Positions 15,301-48,737 of a DNA stretch of 64,000 bases are shown one piece after another. The position numbers were made by a program, and so were the translations under genes. The notes beneath the pieces were generated by a model. The model made no database searches. It had not been told where the DNA came from and saw only the letters and a list, made by a program, of their open reading frames with translations. The stretch is from Blastocystis sp. Blastoise (Eukaryota > Protista > Bigyra: Opalinata). Position 1 is the stretch's first letter. Every line of letters starts with the position of its first letter. The DNA lies in assembly GCA_039096225.1 (NCBI GenBank), contig JBBPEB010000033.1:744001-808000 (forward strand). Reading direction: 5' to 3'.

Positions 15301-16132
15301 GGTCTCCAGAACCAATGTCTTATTATGGTCGTGAACGGTTTACAACTCATAGCGGTGGTTTTGATTTAGGAAATCCTTATAAGAATAGTAATGATAATAA
15401 TTTCTTAGAAGATTTAGATGAAGTATTAGAAATAGTAAAAACAGAAGAAAATACAGATAAACAGAATAAGAATAAGAATATAAATGATGAATCACAAGAT
15501 GAACAAACAAAACATTTATTAGAGAATGAAGAATTAAATAAAAAAAGAAAAGAACGATTTTTTCATACTCGTAAAGATCATGTTAGTCAAGTAGGTACAC
15601 CTGATTATATGGCACCAGAATTATTATTAGGTATACAAGGGGGTCCTTGTACAGATTGGTGGTCCTTTGGAGTTATTTTATATGAGTTATTAATTGGTTT
15701 CCCGCCATTTAATGATAGTACACCTGAAAAAATATTTGATAAAATTATACATAAACGAATGGCATGGCCTAATGTATATATATATTATTATTATTATTAT
15801 TATTTATATTAAGTATTATTTATTTATATTTTTTTAAAGTATATACTATATTATTGACTATTAAATATTATTTGTTTATTTATAATATTTTTTTGTATTT
15901 ATATCTATATTATTACCTATTATATATATATAAATAGGTTCCAGAGGAGATGTCCCCAGAAGCATATAATTTAATAGATGGTTTATTAGATTTAAATCCA
16001 GATACTAGATTAGGTAGTAAGGGCACATACGAAATAAAAGAACATCCTTTCTTCTTAGGAGTTGACTGGGATGCACTTAGTAATGAAGTATATATATATA
16101 TAGTTGTATTATTATTATTATTATTATTATTA

Positions 16133-16181
<49 letters not shown>

Positions 16182-17001
16182 CTTTATTATTATTCTTATT
16201 ATTCTTAATTAAATGAAACTATTATATATATAGTTAACAGATGCATGTTTTGTTCCTGAAGTAACAGATAAAACGGATACTTCATATTTTATTAGTCGTC
16301 ATCAAGATGGAAATGACGCATCCGCGTCATTCCAATTATCTTTAGATCGAACTGTACCCCCTACATCATCCAATGGAGTCTCTTCTATTCATGTTAATAC
16401 TAATATTAATAATAATACTACTACTAATAATAATAAGATTAATAGTAATATTGGTGATCCTCAATATAATGAGTCTATGATGAATCGTATGAATAGTATT
16501 AGTAGTAATAGTAGTAATGATAGTATAAATAGTGAAGATGATGAATTCTTTACTAACTTTGATTATAGTAATGTATTTAGTTTACAAGGTATTAATAATG
16601 ATGCTATTACATGTAATACACCTGTTACTTCTCCCGCGGGAAATCAATTCAGTACACAATCATCGCCTCAAGGATCTTCTACTAGTAATTCTCAGAATAA
16701 TAATATGAACATAAATACATCTATCGATAATAATAATAAAGAAAATATCATATATGATACATCAAATAAAAATACTACTACTACTACTACTACTTCCACT
16801 ACTACTACTACTACTCCTGTAGTAACAACTACTCCTTTATATAATGATTATAATATAGATGATGCTGAAATTGATGCTTTAATTGATGATGAAGAATTAA
16901 ATAATTTGCCTCGTCGACGACAGAAACAACGAGCTATGGCACAAGATAATATCGATTTATCTTCTATTTCAGATGATCCCTTTGAAGATTTAACATATTA
17001 A
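12322..17001 (+). CDS. AGC kinase of the IRE/MAST/Greatwall/Rim15 group
   Basis: KPISRGAYGKV, HRDLKPDN, LTDFGLS, a long T-loop insert, VGTPDYMAPE and AGC tail DTSYF. N-terminal CRICE..H...C zinc finger as in IRE/Rim15. Spliced across ~10 GT-AG introns. Confidence 0.9.
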
Positions 17002-17993
17002 AGAGGATTGTTCAATATATATAATATATATTAACATATATATACTATATATATACTATATATATTCATAGTACTATAGAAATATATATTTTAAAGATTA
17101 ATATCGATTTTTCTTTATTTTTTGATTCAATTACAATCAACTATATATAAATGTATTATATAAATGTATTATATATTTTCTATATGTTTATCATTTTTTG
17201 TTTGTTTTTCTAGTATTACGTTCTGTTATATTATATTTTTAAATAATATATAAAATATATATCACTTGAAATAACTTTCTTGTATTTTTCAATATATATT
17301 TTTATATATTCTCTATAAATTCTATGATTATATAATAAATTTTGTATATATTAATATCAATTTGTTTATTCATGTTTTATTCCCTTTTTTTCTATATATT
17401 TATATATACTTTTTTTTCCTCTTCATTTTTATTTTCTTATTTAATATATAGCCTTTTTTTTTCAATTATATATATATATAAGATGAAAATTTTGACTTTC
17501 TTTTTGTTATTATTTTTTTCTCTTAATTTTATATATTTATTCTTCTTTTCATCCTCTTATTATTTTTCTTGTCTTCATTATTATTTAATTTTATAAATCC
17601 TTTTTTTTTTTAATTTATTTATATCATTCTTCAATATATTTTCTTTTTAATAAATTAATGATTGCTTTTTATTAAAACTATAAATTACATTCTTTTCTAG
17701 TTTTTTCTTTTCTCTTTTTTTTTCTGATTGTGCTTTTTTATATATATTTTCGTTTTTCCTTTTTTTTTCTTATTTTTATCTACTATACAGATTACATATA
17801 TATAAACAACAATGTTAAAAATATTTATTGCTTTCAAACGCCTTCGTCTTTGTTTTCGAAGCTTTTTATTATGAAATGAATATATGTATATTTTTTTCTT
17901 TATTTTTGTTGTAATTATTGTATCTTCTACTTCTACCCTTTAGATGATGATTATATATTTTTTTTCTCTTTTTATTTGTTGCTACTTTGTTAA

Positions 17994-18036
<43 letters not shown>

Positions 18037-18370
18037 TTCTCTCTGGATATAATTAGTTCTAGTATATATCTTTCTAACATTTTCATTAGTTTTCTCATTT
18101 TATATCAAATTTTAATGCTTTCTTCAATTGTTTTGTTTTTGATGTCTGTTATATTCAAATAATATATATTGTTATTCTTTTATTTTCAATTAAATAACAG
18201 ACTATATTGATTTAAAAAAATATTAAATTTTTAAAAAACTAAACTTTGAATGAGAAACTATATTATCTTCAAACCATATTTTCATTTAAAAAAATAAATA
18301 AAAAATGATAAAGATAAAATATCAAAACAAGAAAAAAAAATTGAAATAAAAACAATAAAGAATAAACCTT

Positions 18371-20133
<1,763 letters not shown>

Positions 20134-20486
20134 TGTTGTTGACGAATCTTAATTATTAATTAATAACAATATTGTCTGGTTTAGGAAATACGAGAGCTTC
20201 GTCTGATACCATGAAAAGAAGAAAATAACAAAAAATTCGCCAATTTTTCTATCATTATTCACGGGAATTCCGTTTCTCTTTTTAGAAACTGTTTGTTTCT
20301 TTGCTTTCGTTCTGTTTCTGTTTTATTTAATAAAAAAAAATATTCTTGTATATCCTTTTTATGAAAGTGCAGGAATTTATATTTCTGTGTATTTTAGTTT
20401 TATCAGTTGATACTGATCAGCGACTCTATTGTTATCAGCATATGTCTATAGGAGTTAAACAAACACTATCAAAATTGAAGAAATAT

Positions 20487-21879
20487 ATGGGAATGAGTTC
20501 GTTAAAAGAAATTATCAGTCACAAATGGAATCAATGTATTGAGAATAAGAATATATTTTTTATTTTATCTGAAAAGAGAGTTCAATATGATGCGAATATA
20601 CCTGTATATCTTAATATTATTTATAATATATATGATAATTGCATTACTAATCTTTTATACTACTTAGTTTATTATACGATATTTAAATAATGATGATTTG
20701 AAGTTAAAGAAATCTAATTTGAAAAGAACTGGACAATTTGTGGATCCATTCTGTTTAGAATATAGAAGAAATGAAGGAAGTCATTTAGTTGTTGAAGAAT
20801 TTGATAATTATGCATTGCTATTCAACAAATTCTCTGTAATTGATCATCATATGATTCTAGTTCCAGATACTCCTTATCCTCAAACAGATCCATTATCTAA
20901 AACCGATTTTCAACGAATGTTACATATATTAAAGGATATCCCTTCCTTAGTATTTTATAATTGTGGGATACAATCAGGAGCAAGTCAACCTCATAAACAT
21001 ATTCAAGTATATCTATAGATTATATAGTATTGAGTAACATATATGTTATATGTATTATATAGTTTATATAGTATATTATAGATAATATACTAATACTATA
21101 ATATATATATAGATTGTCCCTATGTATTCTTTTGATAATTCTGAATTACCTATAGAAAAAGGATTAGAAGAATTTATAAAGAAAAGTGAATGTCATAATT
21201 GTATATATATTATAATTTTTTATATATAAATTTTTAAATATTTTTATTAAATATATTTTTTTTATTAAATTTTTAATTAGTATTATATTATAGATGATAA
21301 ATGTATATTTGAATTACCATCATTTGATTTTCAACATGGTATAATGAAAGTAGATCTTTCTACTATTAATGATAATACTTCTGATATATTATATGCTCAG
21401 TATATATCTCTAATGAATTATCTTCATTTATCTACTCTTTCTTCTACTCAAACAATTACGGACCATCTAGTAGATACTCAACAATCCTATAACTTTTTAT
21501 TAACACCTAAATATATGATCATTGTACCAAGATCTATTGTATATATTATGTTTATTATTATCTGAGATATTATTTTATTATTATTATTATTATTTTATTA
21601 TTTGTTTATTATTATTTTTAACCAAATTATTATTATTATTATTATGATTATTATGATTATGCTTATTATATAGGATAGTTATGAAGGTGTAAATGTGAAT
21701 TCACTTGGTTTTATCGGATCTTTAGTTGTCAATAATGAAAGTATATCAATTATATATTAATTTATTATTATCAATATTTTATTAATGTACTTCTTATAGA
21801 AAATAACCAAGTTTTAGAAGATGAAGGTCCTTTACATATTTTAAAGCATGTATCTATTCCTAAAGAAAAATATATATAA
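20487..21879 (+). CDS. ATP adenylyltransferase / Ap4A phosphorylase (APA1/2 family)
   Basis: DPF, LFNKFSVIDHH, FYNCGIQSGASQPHKHIQ (HxHxQ), SYNFLLT..MIIVPRS, VNSLGFIGSLVV; 5 introns. Start codon uncertain (20442, 20487 or 20493). Confidence 0.88.
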
Positions 21880-22477
21880 TCTTCTATACAACTATTCTTT
21901 TTAAAAAAGAATCCAATTTTTTTATGTATATGAGTTATTATTCCTTTTTTTTAACATTTATATCCTTTTTCAGTTTTTATCTTTTTTTTTTACTTTTCTT
22001 AATTACGTTTAACTTCTTCTTCTTATCGTTCTAGTTTTTTATTTTTGTAATTTCAATGTTTCTATATAATACTATAATTTGTCTAACAAATTTCACATTT
22101 TTTTCATGGAGTTCACATATTAAGATAATAGAGTAGCTTAAACCATTCATGTTACGTATTTATTGATATTTATGATCTTTTCTTAATAACAGACACAGAT
22201 AATTACACTTTAATTAAAAATTCCATTTTTTTTTTTTTTTTAATAAATTCCCGTGAAACAAAGATTACTTCATTTTTTAAATTTTCTCATTGTTTACGCT
22301 ATCAGTTCTGTTTTGCGGTTCTTTTTTTTCTAAAAAGAAATTTTCCCTTTATTTACCATGAAGAATCATGGGGAAAATAGTTTTCTTTTTTTATTCAGTC
22401 GTCTCTGAGAACATATGGTGTAAATCAGATTATTTTTATTAGACTTTATCATTTTATTTAAAAGTATTATAATAAAA

Positions 22478-23529
22478 ATGTCTGCTAGATTATTTGTTGG
22501 TAACTTACCTTCTGATATCCGTCAATCAGAGCTTGATGACTTATTCTATAAATATGGTCCCATCAGAGATATTGCTGTCAAGCATCCTAGTGAAGGTCGT
22601 GCTTATGCTTTTGTTGAGTTTAAGTATTATGAAGATGCTGAATATGCTGTCAGACGTCGTAATAATTGTGATTATGATGGATATAGACTTCGAGTTGAAT
22701 TCTCTCGTTCTTCTAGAAATGATAGATACAGAAGTGGTCCTCCTCGTCATTCTGATTACAGAGTTACTATTACCCCTGTTCCTAAGGGTACTAGCTGGCA
22801 AGTATTTATTTATTTTATATTTATTTTATATTTATTTTATATTTATTTTATATTTATTATTATTATATTATTATAATATTTTTATTATGTGTATTATTAT
22901 TATATTATTATGCTATTATTATTATATTATTATAATATTATTATTTAAATAAATAAATGATTCTATTTTGAATATAGAGTATAAAAGATGTCTTAAAACC
23001 AAAATATAAATGTGGTTTTACTGATGTTCGTGGTGATATTGGTTATTGTGAATTTAGTTGTCGTAGTGATATGGAAAAATGTATTGAAGATTTTGATAAT
23101 AAGAATTTTGTTACTTCTGCTGGTGAAGGTATAGTACGTGTTGTTGAAGATAAACTTGAAGATGATCATCATAGTTCTTCTAGAAGAAGTTCTTCTAGAC
23201 GTAGTTCTTCTCATCATCGTCGCCATCATCGTCATGATAGAAGTCGTACTCCTTCTAAGAGTTCTCATCATTCTCATTCTTCAAGCCGTTCTCATTCTCA
23301 TTCTCCTTCTGGTAGTCATACTCCTTCTCATTCTGTTAGTCATTCTCCTTCAAATAGTCATTCTATTAGTCATTCAAAGAGTATGGATAAATCCAATAGT
23401 AGAAATGCTAGTCCTGCTCATGATAAATCTATTTCTAAATCACGTTCTAGATCTAATTCTGAACATAAATCAATATCGAAATCAAGAAGTAACAGTGTTT
23501 CCAGCCAAAAGAGTAATCTTTCTCATTAA
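22478..23529 (+). CDS. SR splicing factor, SRSF1/SF2-like (RRM + pseudo-RRM + RS/SH tail)
   Basis: LFVGNLPSDIR and YAFVEF. SWQ|SIKD (variant of SWQDLKD) spans intron 22802-22977. RS-rich tail. Confidence 0.9.
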
Positions 23530-24077
23530 ACTTTATAAACTATATATATTCTATTCTTATATGTTTTTTTTTTTTTAAATTCTATTATTTGTGGTCGTTT
23601 TTATTTATTTCTACTTTTTTTTTTAACTCAATTTCTATATGCTAAATTTATTAACATTTAAAAAATGGAAATGAATTTCATTAACCTATTACATATAATG
23701 ATAAATATATATATATATTATACTTTTTGCCTATCCTATTTTGTTTTATTTTTTTTTAATACTTTTATTCCGTTTTATGGCTAATCTATGTATATCATTT
23801 AAATTTGTTTGTTCTTCTAACTTTTTTATTTATTTTTAATAATATATAATTTGGTTATCTACATTATTTAGTACAGTTAGTGTTGTTGTTGTGTTTTTTA
23901 ATCCAGTGATTCTCATTAATATTTTTTATTATATTGTTGAAGAAGGTAATAAAATAGTTGTCTCATCGAACTTGATTACAAAATAAATATTTTATACATT
24001 TTTCGATATCTCTTTATTGAAATAATTAAAGAATAAAAAAAATATTTTTTTGAATATTATTTTTTGAATTCATTAAA

Positions 24078-25603
24078 ATGCTTTCACTTGTTAATTACGG
24101 GTATAGTTCTGAAGAAGATGATGATTCCGATACTAACAAGTATATATCTCACTTATTAATTAATAATTCACGTAGTGATCAACAACAAATTGTTGACAAA
24201 ACGTCTTCTATTCATTCTTCAGAAGACAATAATGATTCTACATTAAAAAATAATAAGAAAACCACAGAAGATTCTGTGAAATCTGAATCTGTTTTAGATG
24301 ATAAGAAGAATACAACTAAGAAATCAGATAAGAAACGTCTTATGAAGAAACTACTCAAATTATCAGATACTCAATTGGAAAGTTTATTTAATAACGAAGA
24401 TGAACAAGAACTTTCAAAGGTGAAAGCTAAATTAAAACGTGATACAACTAAGAACAATGTTTCTGGATTATTTGGATTATTGCCTCAAGCCAAGGATGAT
24501 GTACATGATCCTCTATCAGTCGTTCCTGTTCAAATTGATTCAAAACTAAACTCGAAAACTGAGAATCTAGTGAAAACTCCTTTATTAGATTCTACAAAAA
24601 ATCCTATATTAAAATCATCAACTATAAATGATATATCTTCATCAAAATTAGATATAGTTCCTTCTTTATCAACTATTCAATCAATTTCAAATCAAATCTC
24701 TCCTGTTCCTAAACCAACTTGTCTTGCATCAAATCAATTGATGTCTACTAATTCAATGAATTCTAAAACTATAAATTCTATTCAAAATATAAATTCTATT
24801 CAAAATATAAATTCTATTCAAAATATAAATTCTATTCAAAATATAAATTCTATTCAAAAGCCTAATACAGGATATGGTTATGGATATAAACGATCTTATA
24901 CACCTCAACAATATCAAGCATTTTTAAATCAAACGCAAACAAATCATGGAATTAGTATTTATTTATTGTTATTAAAAAATTATTTTATATTTTTAAATTT
25001 TTATATGTAATATTAACAATAAATATAATAATAATATATATATAGCTGAAGATGATTTACGTGCTAAATACGTATATATATATATTATTATTATTATTAT
25101 GTATATTATAAATATATATAGGGTTCCTATTATGATACTATGGATAGATCTGCTAAGCAAGCTTTATTACAAGGCGATTTAGTAGAAGTAGACCAACTAG
25201 ATATTCATGATCCCTCTAGTGAAGTTGAAATTAAACAGAAGAAAGTATATATAAAGATATAGTATTACAATTGTTATATTAATTATTATATTAATTATTA
25301 TATTTATTATTATATTAATGATTATATTAATTATTATATTAATGATTATATTAATTATTATATCAATATTTAAGTAACATAACAATAACAATAGATATAT
25401 TCTTATATATATATATATAGAAAACATTTAGTGGATTTGAACCTACACAATTTTCAAATCCTATGACTACAAAAGTCGCAAAACAACGTCATCAAATATC
25501 TTTCTTAGCACAAGATGCAGCAGAAAAAATGGGTGATATTGATTTTATAAGAAAACAAGCTCAAATTAAACGTAAGAATACGAATAATACTTATGGATGG
25601 TAA
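24078..25603 (+). CDS. PRCC-like protein (spliceosome-associated)
   Basis: N-terminus MLSLVNYGYSSEEDD. Spliced last exon KQRHQISFLAQDAAEK...RKNTNNTYGW* matches the PRCC C-terminal pattern. Confidence 0.7.
24770..24857 (+). repeat. Coding 18-nt tandem repeat, (INSIQN) x ~5
   Basis: ataaattctattcaaaat repeated inside the PRCC-like ORF. Confidence 0.9.
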
Positions 25604-26220
25604 TTTATAAATAGTTTTCTTTGTTTTTCCTCTGTTATAAATATATTCATCCATAATATTCTTCTCATTTATTATATATATATTGATAAAAAATTATTAT
25701 CTGTCTTATAAATATGTGTTTTTTTTAATTCTTAATTATTGTTAATTTTGATCAAAACTTTAATTATGTTTGAATATTGTACAAAAACATATTAATTGAA
25801 AAATGACGTTATTTTCCATAGCATACATTTATCTCACACATTAATTTACTATCTTCATAATTCCATAAAAAATATACATTGATAAACCTTGTGCTATTCA
25901 CCAATTCCATCAGAAATATTCATTTCATTACCTCATATGCCAATATAAAGTTATACATTCAGAAACAATACATTTTCTATTACAACCAAAACTATTTTCG
26001 CATCCAAAGAAACATTAGTCATAGACTTTTAGACATTTATTAAAAAAAACATAATTGTTTTAAAACCAAGAATAAATTATAAAACTGACGGATATTCGGT
26101 AAAATAATCATACCGAAAATTGCGGTTCAAAAAGAATGACGAATGTTCATGATTGAGGCTTTTTCTATATTAAATATATTTCTTGATATATTTTTGTTAT
26201 ACTCAATTATATAAAGAACT

Positions 26221-32121
<5,901 letters not shown>

Positions 32122-32344
32122 ATAAATTCATGAAATATTATTAATTTTTAATATTTATCTTTATATAAACCATTGTTTTATGTTTATCGAATGAATCTAA
32201 TGTTAATACATTTATCATTTAAAAATTATATATTCGTGTTTAGTTTTGAATAAAATATATATGTATAAGAGATTTAGTTGATATTTGTTTCTTATTATGT
32301 ACTAACCTATACTCATGTATACAAGATTTATAAAACTTTCAATA

Positions 32345-32417
32345 GCCCGTCTAGCTCAGTCGGTAGAGCGCCAGGCTCTTAACCTGGTGGTCGGGGGTTC
32401 GAGCCCCCCGGTGGGCG
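32345..32417 (+). tRNA. tRNA-Lys (anticodon CTT)
   Basis: GCCCGTC/GGTGGGC acceptor stem, D-arm GCTC..GAGC, anticodon arm CCAGG-CT-CTT-AA-CCTGG, T-arm GGGGG-TTCGAGC-CCCCC. Downstream T-run fits a Pol III terminator. Confidence 0.97.
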
Positions 32418-32532
32418 CTTCTTTTTTGTAATTTTTCATATAAATATTATTCTTCTTAAAGATGGCATGTTTTATTTTTATTAAGCTAAAACAAATAAAA
32501 ATGATGTTCAAATAAATGTATGAATATATTAA

Positions 32533-34012
32533 TTAGAAAAATGGGAGTCAATATTGTATTTCATTTGAAATGGAGGAGGAATTACCTCTGCATAGTCATC
32601 GTAAAGATGATCATCAAAATAAGAATCAAGATTTGGAATAAATGGTGCCTGAGTTGATTTCGTTTCTAATTTCTTCCAATCAATCTTTTTAAATATCTGT
32701 ATAATAAATGTATATATATTGATTTAATTAACTAATATACCTTATCTTTTTTAATAGATGATTCCTTTTTGGTGAATCTTTTAGAAGGATTCGGATTCAA
32801 GCATTTTTTTATAAATAGTTTGAATGGTGTAGACATTCCTTCAGGTTCTGTATACTCTCCCAATAATATTCTTTGAAGTGTTTCCATTGTTGTCTTCCCC
32901 ATGAATGGAGGATGACCTGTTGCCATCTCTAGAGATATTAGTGTATATATTATTATTATTATTAAAAAATGAAAATTAAAATGGATAGAAATGAATATAT
33001 TATGAATAATTATAAATACCGTAAACTAAACAACCTAAACACCACCAATCCATAGAATATGTATAACCCTATATATTGTTATTAGATTATTATATATATA
33101 TATATATATTTTTTTTTATTATTTTTTTATATATATTATTATATTGTGATTATTATATATATAGGATATAATAATAAGATAACATATATATATATATACT
33201 TCATTATGTATCATTTCAGGTGGCATATATTCAGGAACTCCACAAATATCATATGCATAATCTTCAGTAGCATGTAATTTTACAGATAAATCAAAACCTA
33301 TATATATATAAATAGAATAAATAAAAAACAATAAAATATTTGAGATTTTAATTATATGCATTATACTTGCCAGTTTTATATATCCTTTTGAATCAATTAA
33401 TATATTTTCAGGTCTTAAAGCTCGATAGATTATATTCTAGTAGTAAAAAATGTATATTAAATAAATAACAATAATAATAATAATTATTATTATACATTAG
33501 AATGTAGCCATAATAAAGCTGTTACTATTTGAGCTGTATAGAAAATAATCCAGTGTTCAGGAAGTTGATGATTCTCTCTAATTAATGTATATATTTCTCC
33601 ACCTGGAACATATTCATTAAATAGATTGATACTATGTTTTACTATATAATGATATATAAGGAGCATAAAGGAATAATTATCAAGAATTTACAAACAAGAA
33701 CTCCCTCAAGATAAGATATTGATGGAACTATCATTCGAACTAATGTATGTTTAATATTTTCTAATCTATCAACATATTGAACGGAATCAACTAATGATTT
33801 GTATATTTTTGTTATTGAATAGGCTCTATTTTGTTCCTATAATATGACACATGGTAGCAAGCAAATGCTTATTATATTACTTTGTCAACTGCAAGAATGA
33901 GTATACCATGATTTGTTTTTCCAATTATTTTGACTATACTCAGATTTGCTGAAAACTTGTCGTTTTCCTGCTGCTCATCAGTTCCAATATATCTAGAAAG
34001 AAAAACTGACAT
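32533..34012 (-). CDS. PKA/PRKX-like AGC kinase fold, predicted pseudokinase
   Basis: EYVPGGEIY, FYTAQIV, IIYRALRPENILID, ICGVPEYMPPE, DWWCLG, GHPPF, IDW..APFIP AGC tail; 7 in-frame GT-AG introns. Confidence 0.85.
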
Positions 34013-34556
34013 TCCTTGAAATGAAATAAAAACTATTTAAAAAAAGATTTGAAAAAAATATTTCTAAAAAACACGTGACTTTTTATATTAGGAGCTATTG
34101 GGCTTTTTTCTTTCTTATTATGGGTTGTATATATATGTTGCTATTATTTTTGACATATGATTGTGATTTACCATAAATCTATGGAAACACTTTGTGAAAT
34201 AAACTAAAAAATTGTGGAAATCGTAAATTGATCTGGAAAAACTATTCAAAATAAGTATTTAAAAATGTATTTATCATACATAGAATACAGTATGTGCACT
34301 ATGTATCGATGAAATAGTAAAAACTGTTTATTTATTGTTTGAAGTGGCTTTTAATGTTTCATATGTTTTTTAAGATTTGAAATAGGGTAATTGTATTTAT
34401 ATGCTGTATTAAAAGGTTTGCATTAATGGATATTACTAATATTTAACAAAACAAATATTAAAATGAAATATAGTTAATAAATATTTAAATGTATTAACAT
34501 CTTTTTATAATAAAACTCTCTGTTTTCATGATCATAAATATATATAAATTAGAATA

Positions 34557-41043
<6,487 letters not shown>

Positions 41044-41896
41044 ATTGATAACTCTTCAAATATGAGAATATAAATGAGAAAAAAAGGAACTTTTGATTTT
41101 TTTAAAATTCTCATTAATAAATATCCGTTTTCACTGACTTTTTTGGAATAATTTCAAAACTCTTTCAAAACAAATTTGTTTTTAAAACAATCAATCTTCA
41201 TTAATAAGAAATAATTCTCAATTAGGTTGGTGTTGTAAAGTTTTGTGTATGCCAAAAATATAAAAATATTTATGTTTACGCCACAATTCAAAATTCACAT
41301 TCCTTATAACTATGATCTAACTTCAGAAATATAGGTAAAATGATAGTCACAATTAAATGTATAATGTTTTATCTTCAATTATGATGTAAATAATGTATAC
41401 ACTACAGTTGTGTAATTCCAGGTCAACATAACGTTGGATAGAATACAAAAAAAACAATGACAAGATGTACAACAAGAAAAAGTGAGCACAAAAACAAAAA
41501 TAAAATGTGAAAATGAATAAAAAAAAATAAAATAGAAAATAGAACTAATAACAAATAAAGGATTGTTTCAGAAAGAAGCTCGTTGATTTAAATGCATCAT
41601 AATTTCAACGTGATGATATTTTATATGAACAACAAAAAAAAAGGAAAAAATATATATGTATATGTATATATACAATAGTATAAGAACAAGTAATCAAAAT
41701 TAAAATAATGATAAAGAATATAATAAAACAAAAACTTTGTTTTGAAAAATGATTTTTTTATACGATAATTATTATATTATAATAAATATATTATAAAATA
41801 ATATAATCAAACAAAAAATATTTAAAAAAAAAGAATAAGAAGAAATATATTCTAATGTTAAATTTCTTTGTAATTTTAACAAATGTATTTTTTATA

Positions 41897-46407
<4,511 letters not shown>

Positions 46408-46618
46408 ATTTGTATCTGTTCAAATAATCTAGATTACATAAAATATTGAATATCAATTGTGTATACAAGTGATGTATATGTATTCAAGCAATCACTACAG
46501 GAAAAAGAATAGGCTTTTCGTCGAACAAAAAAGAATTTTTAAACTGTTATCATAGAGATTTCCATGGTTTTTCATTTTTTTCTAATTAGCTATTAAGTTA
46601 TTCTATACATATTATTGA

Positions 46619-48084
46619 ATGATGGCTCTTCGTAATGTTTGGAAAGTGATGGAGAAGTTAGCACCACTTCGATTTGCAGAAAAATGGGATAACGTTGGAG
46701 TTCTTATTGATTCATTCAGTGATCCTAGAGTATCTAAAGAAGGAAAATATCATTTGTTGTTATGTAATGATGTGAATGAACAAATTGTTGATGAGGCTAT
46801 TGATTTTGAAGCTGCAGCAATTATATCGTATCATCCTATTATTTTCAGAGGAATTAAAAAGGTTACTCCTAATGATCGTATCAGTCGAATTGTTGTCAAG
46901 TATATTTGTCTAAATGATTCTAATAATATATATATATATATATATATATTTATTTATATATATATTTATTCTGAATAATAGAAAAAAATATATTAATTTT
47001 TCTTTTAGGTGTATACAGAATAATATTGCTATATATTCTCCTCATACTGCCTGTGACGCAGCTCCAGGAGGCGTTAATGATTGGATCGTTGAAGGATTAG
47101 GACCAATAGTATCCAGTGAACCAATTGATAAAAATGATGAAGATCCTCATTATGGTAATTATTATTTATTATTTATTATTTATTATTTATTATTTATTAT
47201 TTATTATTTATTATTTATTATTTATTATTTATTATTTATTATTTATTATTTATTATATATTTTATACTATATATTTTATACTATATATTATATATTTTAT
47301 ATTATATATTTTATACTATATATTTTATATTATATATATTTATATATATATTTATATATATATTTTATATTATATAATATATATATATATATAGGTTGTG
47401 GAAGATTAGTAGTACTTCAGGAGCCCTATCCTTCATTAGATACAATGATTCAACAACTAAAAACACATTTTGGTATACCACATGTACAAGTAGCTGTATA
47501 TATATATATATATTCTTTATATACTTTTATTATCTATCCTATTCCTCTATAATACTATATTCTTCTCATTTCTAAATATACATAATGTTAAATTATATTT
47601 ATAGTCTGAACTTCCTTTCTCTACTCCTATTAAAACTGTTGCCGTTTGTGCAGGTTCTGGTAACTCAGTCATATGTGTATTTTATATATTATTATTTATA
47701 TATATCTATTTACATCCTAAACATTTATAAAATAATATACATGTATTATATGAATTACTATATATATCCTATATATATATGTATATGTATATATAGGGAA
47801 AGAAAGCTGATTTATATGTATCTGGAGAATTAGAACATCATAATATATTAGATGCTATAGCTAATAATACCAGTGTTATTGTTTGTAATCATTCTAATTC
47901 TGAAAGAGGATATTTAAAAGAACTCAAAAATAAGTATATATATATTATTATTATTATTATTATGAATATTATTATAATGCTTTTAATGATGATTATTATT
48001 ATATATAGATTAGAACAAGAATTAGGTGAACAATATGCATTTAAATTAAGTTTAATTGATAAAGACCCTCTCTCTGTATATTAA
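46619..48084 (+). CDS. NIF3: NIF3/NIF3L1 (GTP cyclohydrolase 1 type 2 family) protein
   Basis: LAPLRFAEKWDNVG, IISYHPIIF, YSPHTACD..GVNDW, VAVCAGSG, SGELEHH, HSNSERGYL; 5 introns. Confidence 0.92.
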
Positions 48085-48262
48085 TTATTCCTATTATCAG
48101 TTTGTTTTTATTCAAATAATTTAAAAAATTTGTTTTTTTTTATTATTCAAGAATTATTATTTACTTATATACTTTTTAAATTTCATCATCATTTTATCAA
48201 ATATATATTTATTAAAAAAACAAACACAACCATAAATAAATCATTGAAAAACTTTAAAAGAT

Positions 48263-48737
48263 TTAACAAACAAAATATAAGACTATGGCAAGGATGAACT
48301 ATAAAGTAAAATAAAATAAATGAATATCAATAATAATAAATAATAATAATAAAACTTACACATAAAGGAGCACCGAAGATATAATAAAGAAGCAAAAGAA
48401 CTCCAAAATACATCAAAGGAATCTTCTTTTCAGGTTTTGTAAAGGGAATTGAAATCAAGTAATTCTTTATACCTAGAAGACTACATAAAAATTGAGGAAA
48501 TGAAGAAGTATCTTGTTGAATTTCCCATTGTTTCTTGGGTTGAGGTTGCTGTTGATTGTGCTGATTTTGGCCTTGATTTTGTCGTTCTCTTCGCATACTT
48601 TCTAAAGTAACAAAACGGTTTCTTACTTGTTGAACATCAGGACGAGAAGCACCAGTAGGTCTTCCATGTTGTTTATCATATTCAATCACACGAGGATCGT
48701 TGTCTTGAAGAACTTCACCATCAATAATACGAGTCAT
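48263..48737 (-). CDS. FAM241/DUF4605-like small membrane protein
   Basis: MTRIIDGEVLQDNDPRV resembles the family N-terminus. C-terminal hydrophobic helices are completed across an intron at ~48299-48359. Confidence 0.6.

Noticed and set aside
33380-33389. ATATCCTTTT, a U12-donor-like motif on the + strand
   Set aside because: It is antisense to coding sequence (KGYI) of the minus-strand kinase.
48263-48280. TGTTTGTT (Blastocystis-type polyadenylation motif linked to poly(A)-created stop codons) at the FAM241-like 3' end
   Set aside because: Single instance with an encoded TAA immediately after. All complete genes in the window have genomic stop codons, so there is no evidence for poly(A)-made stops.
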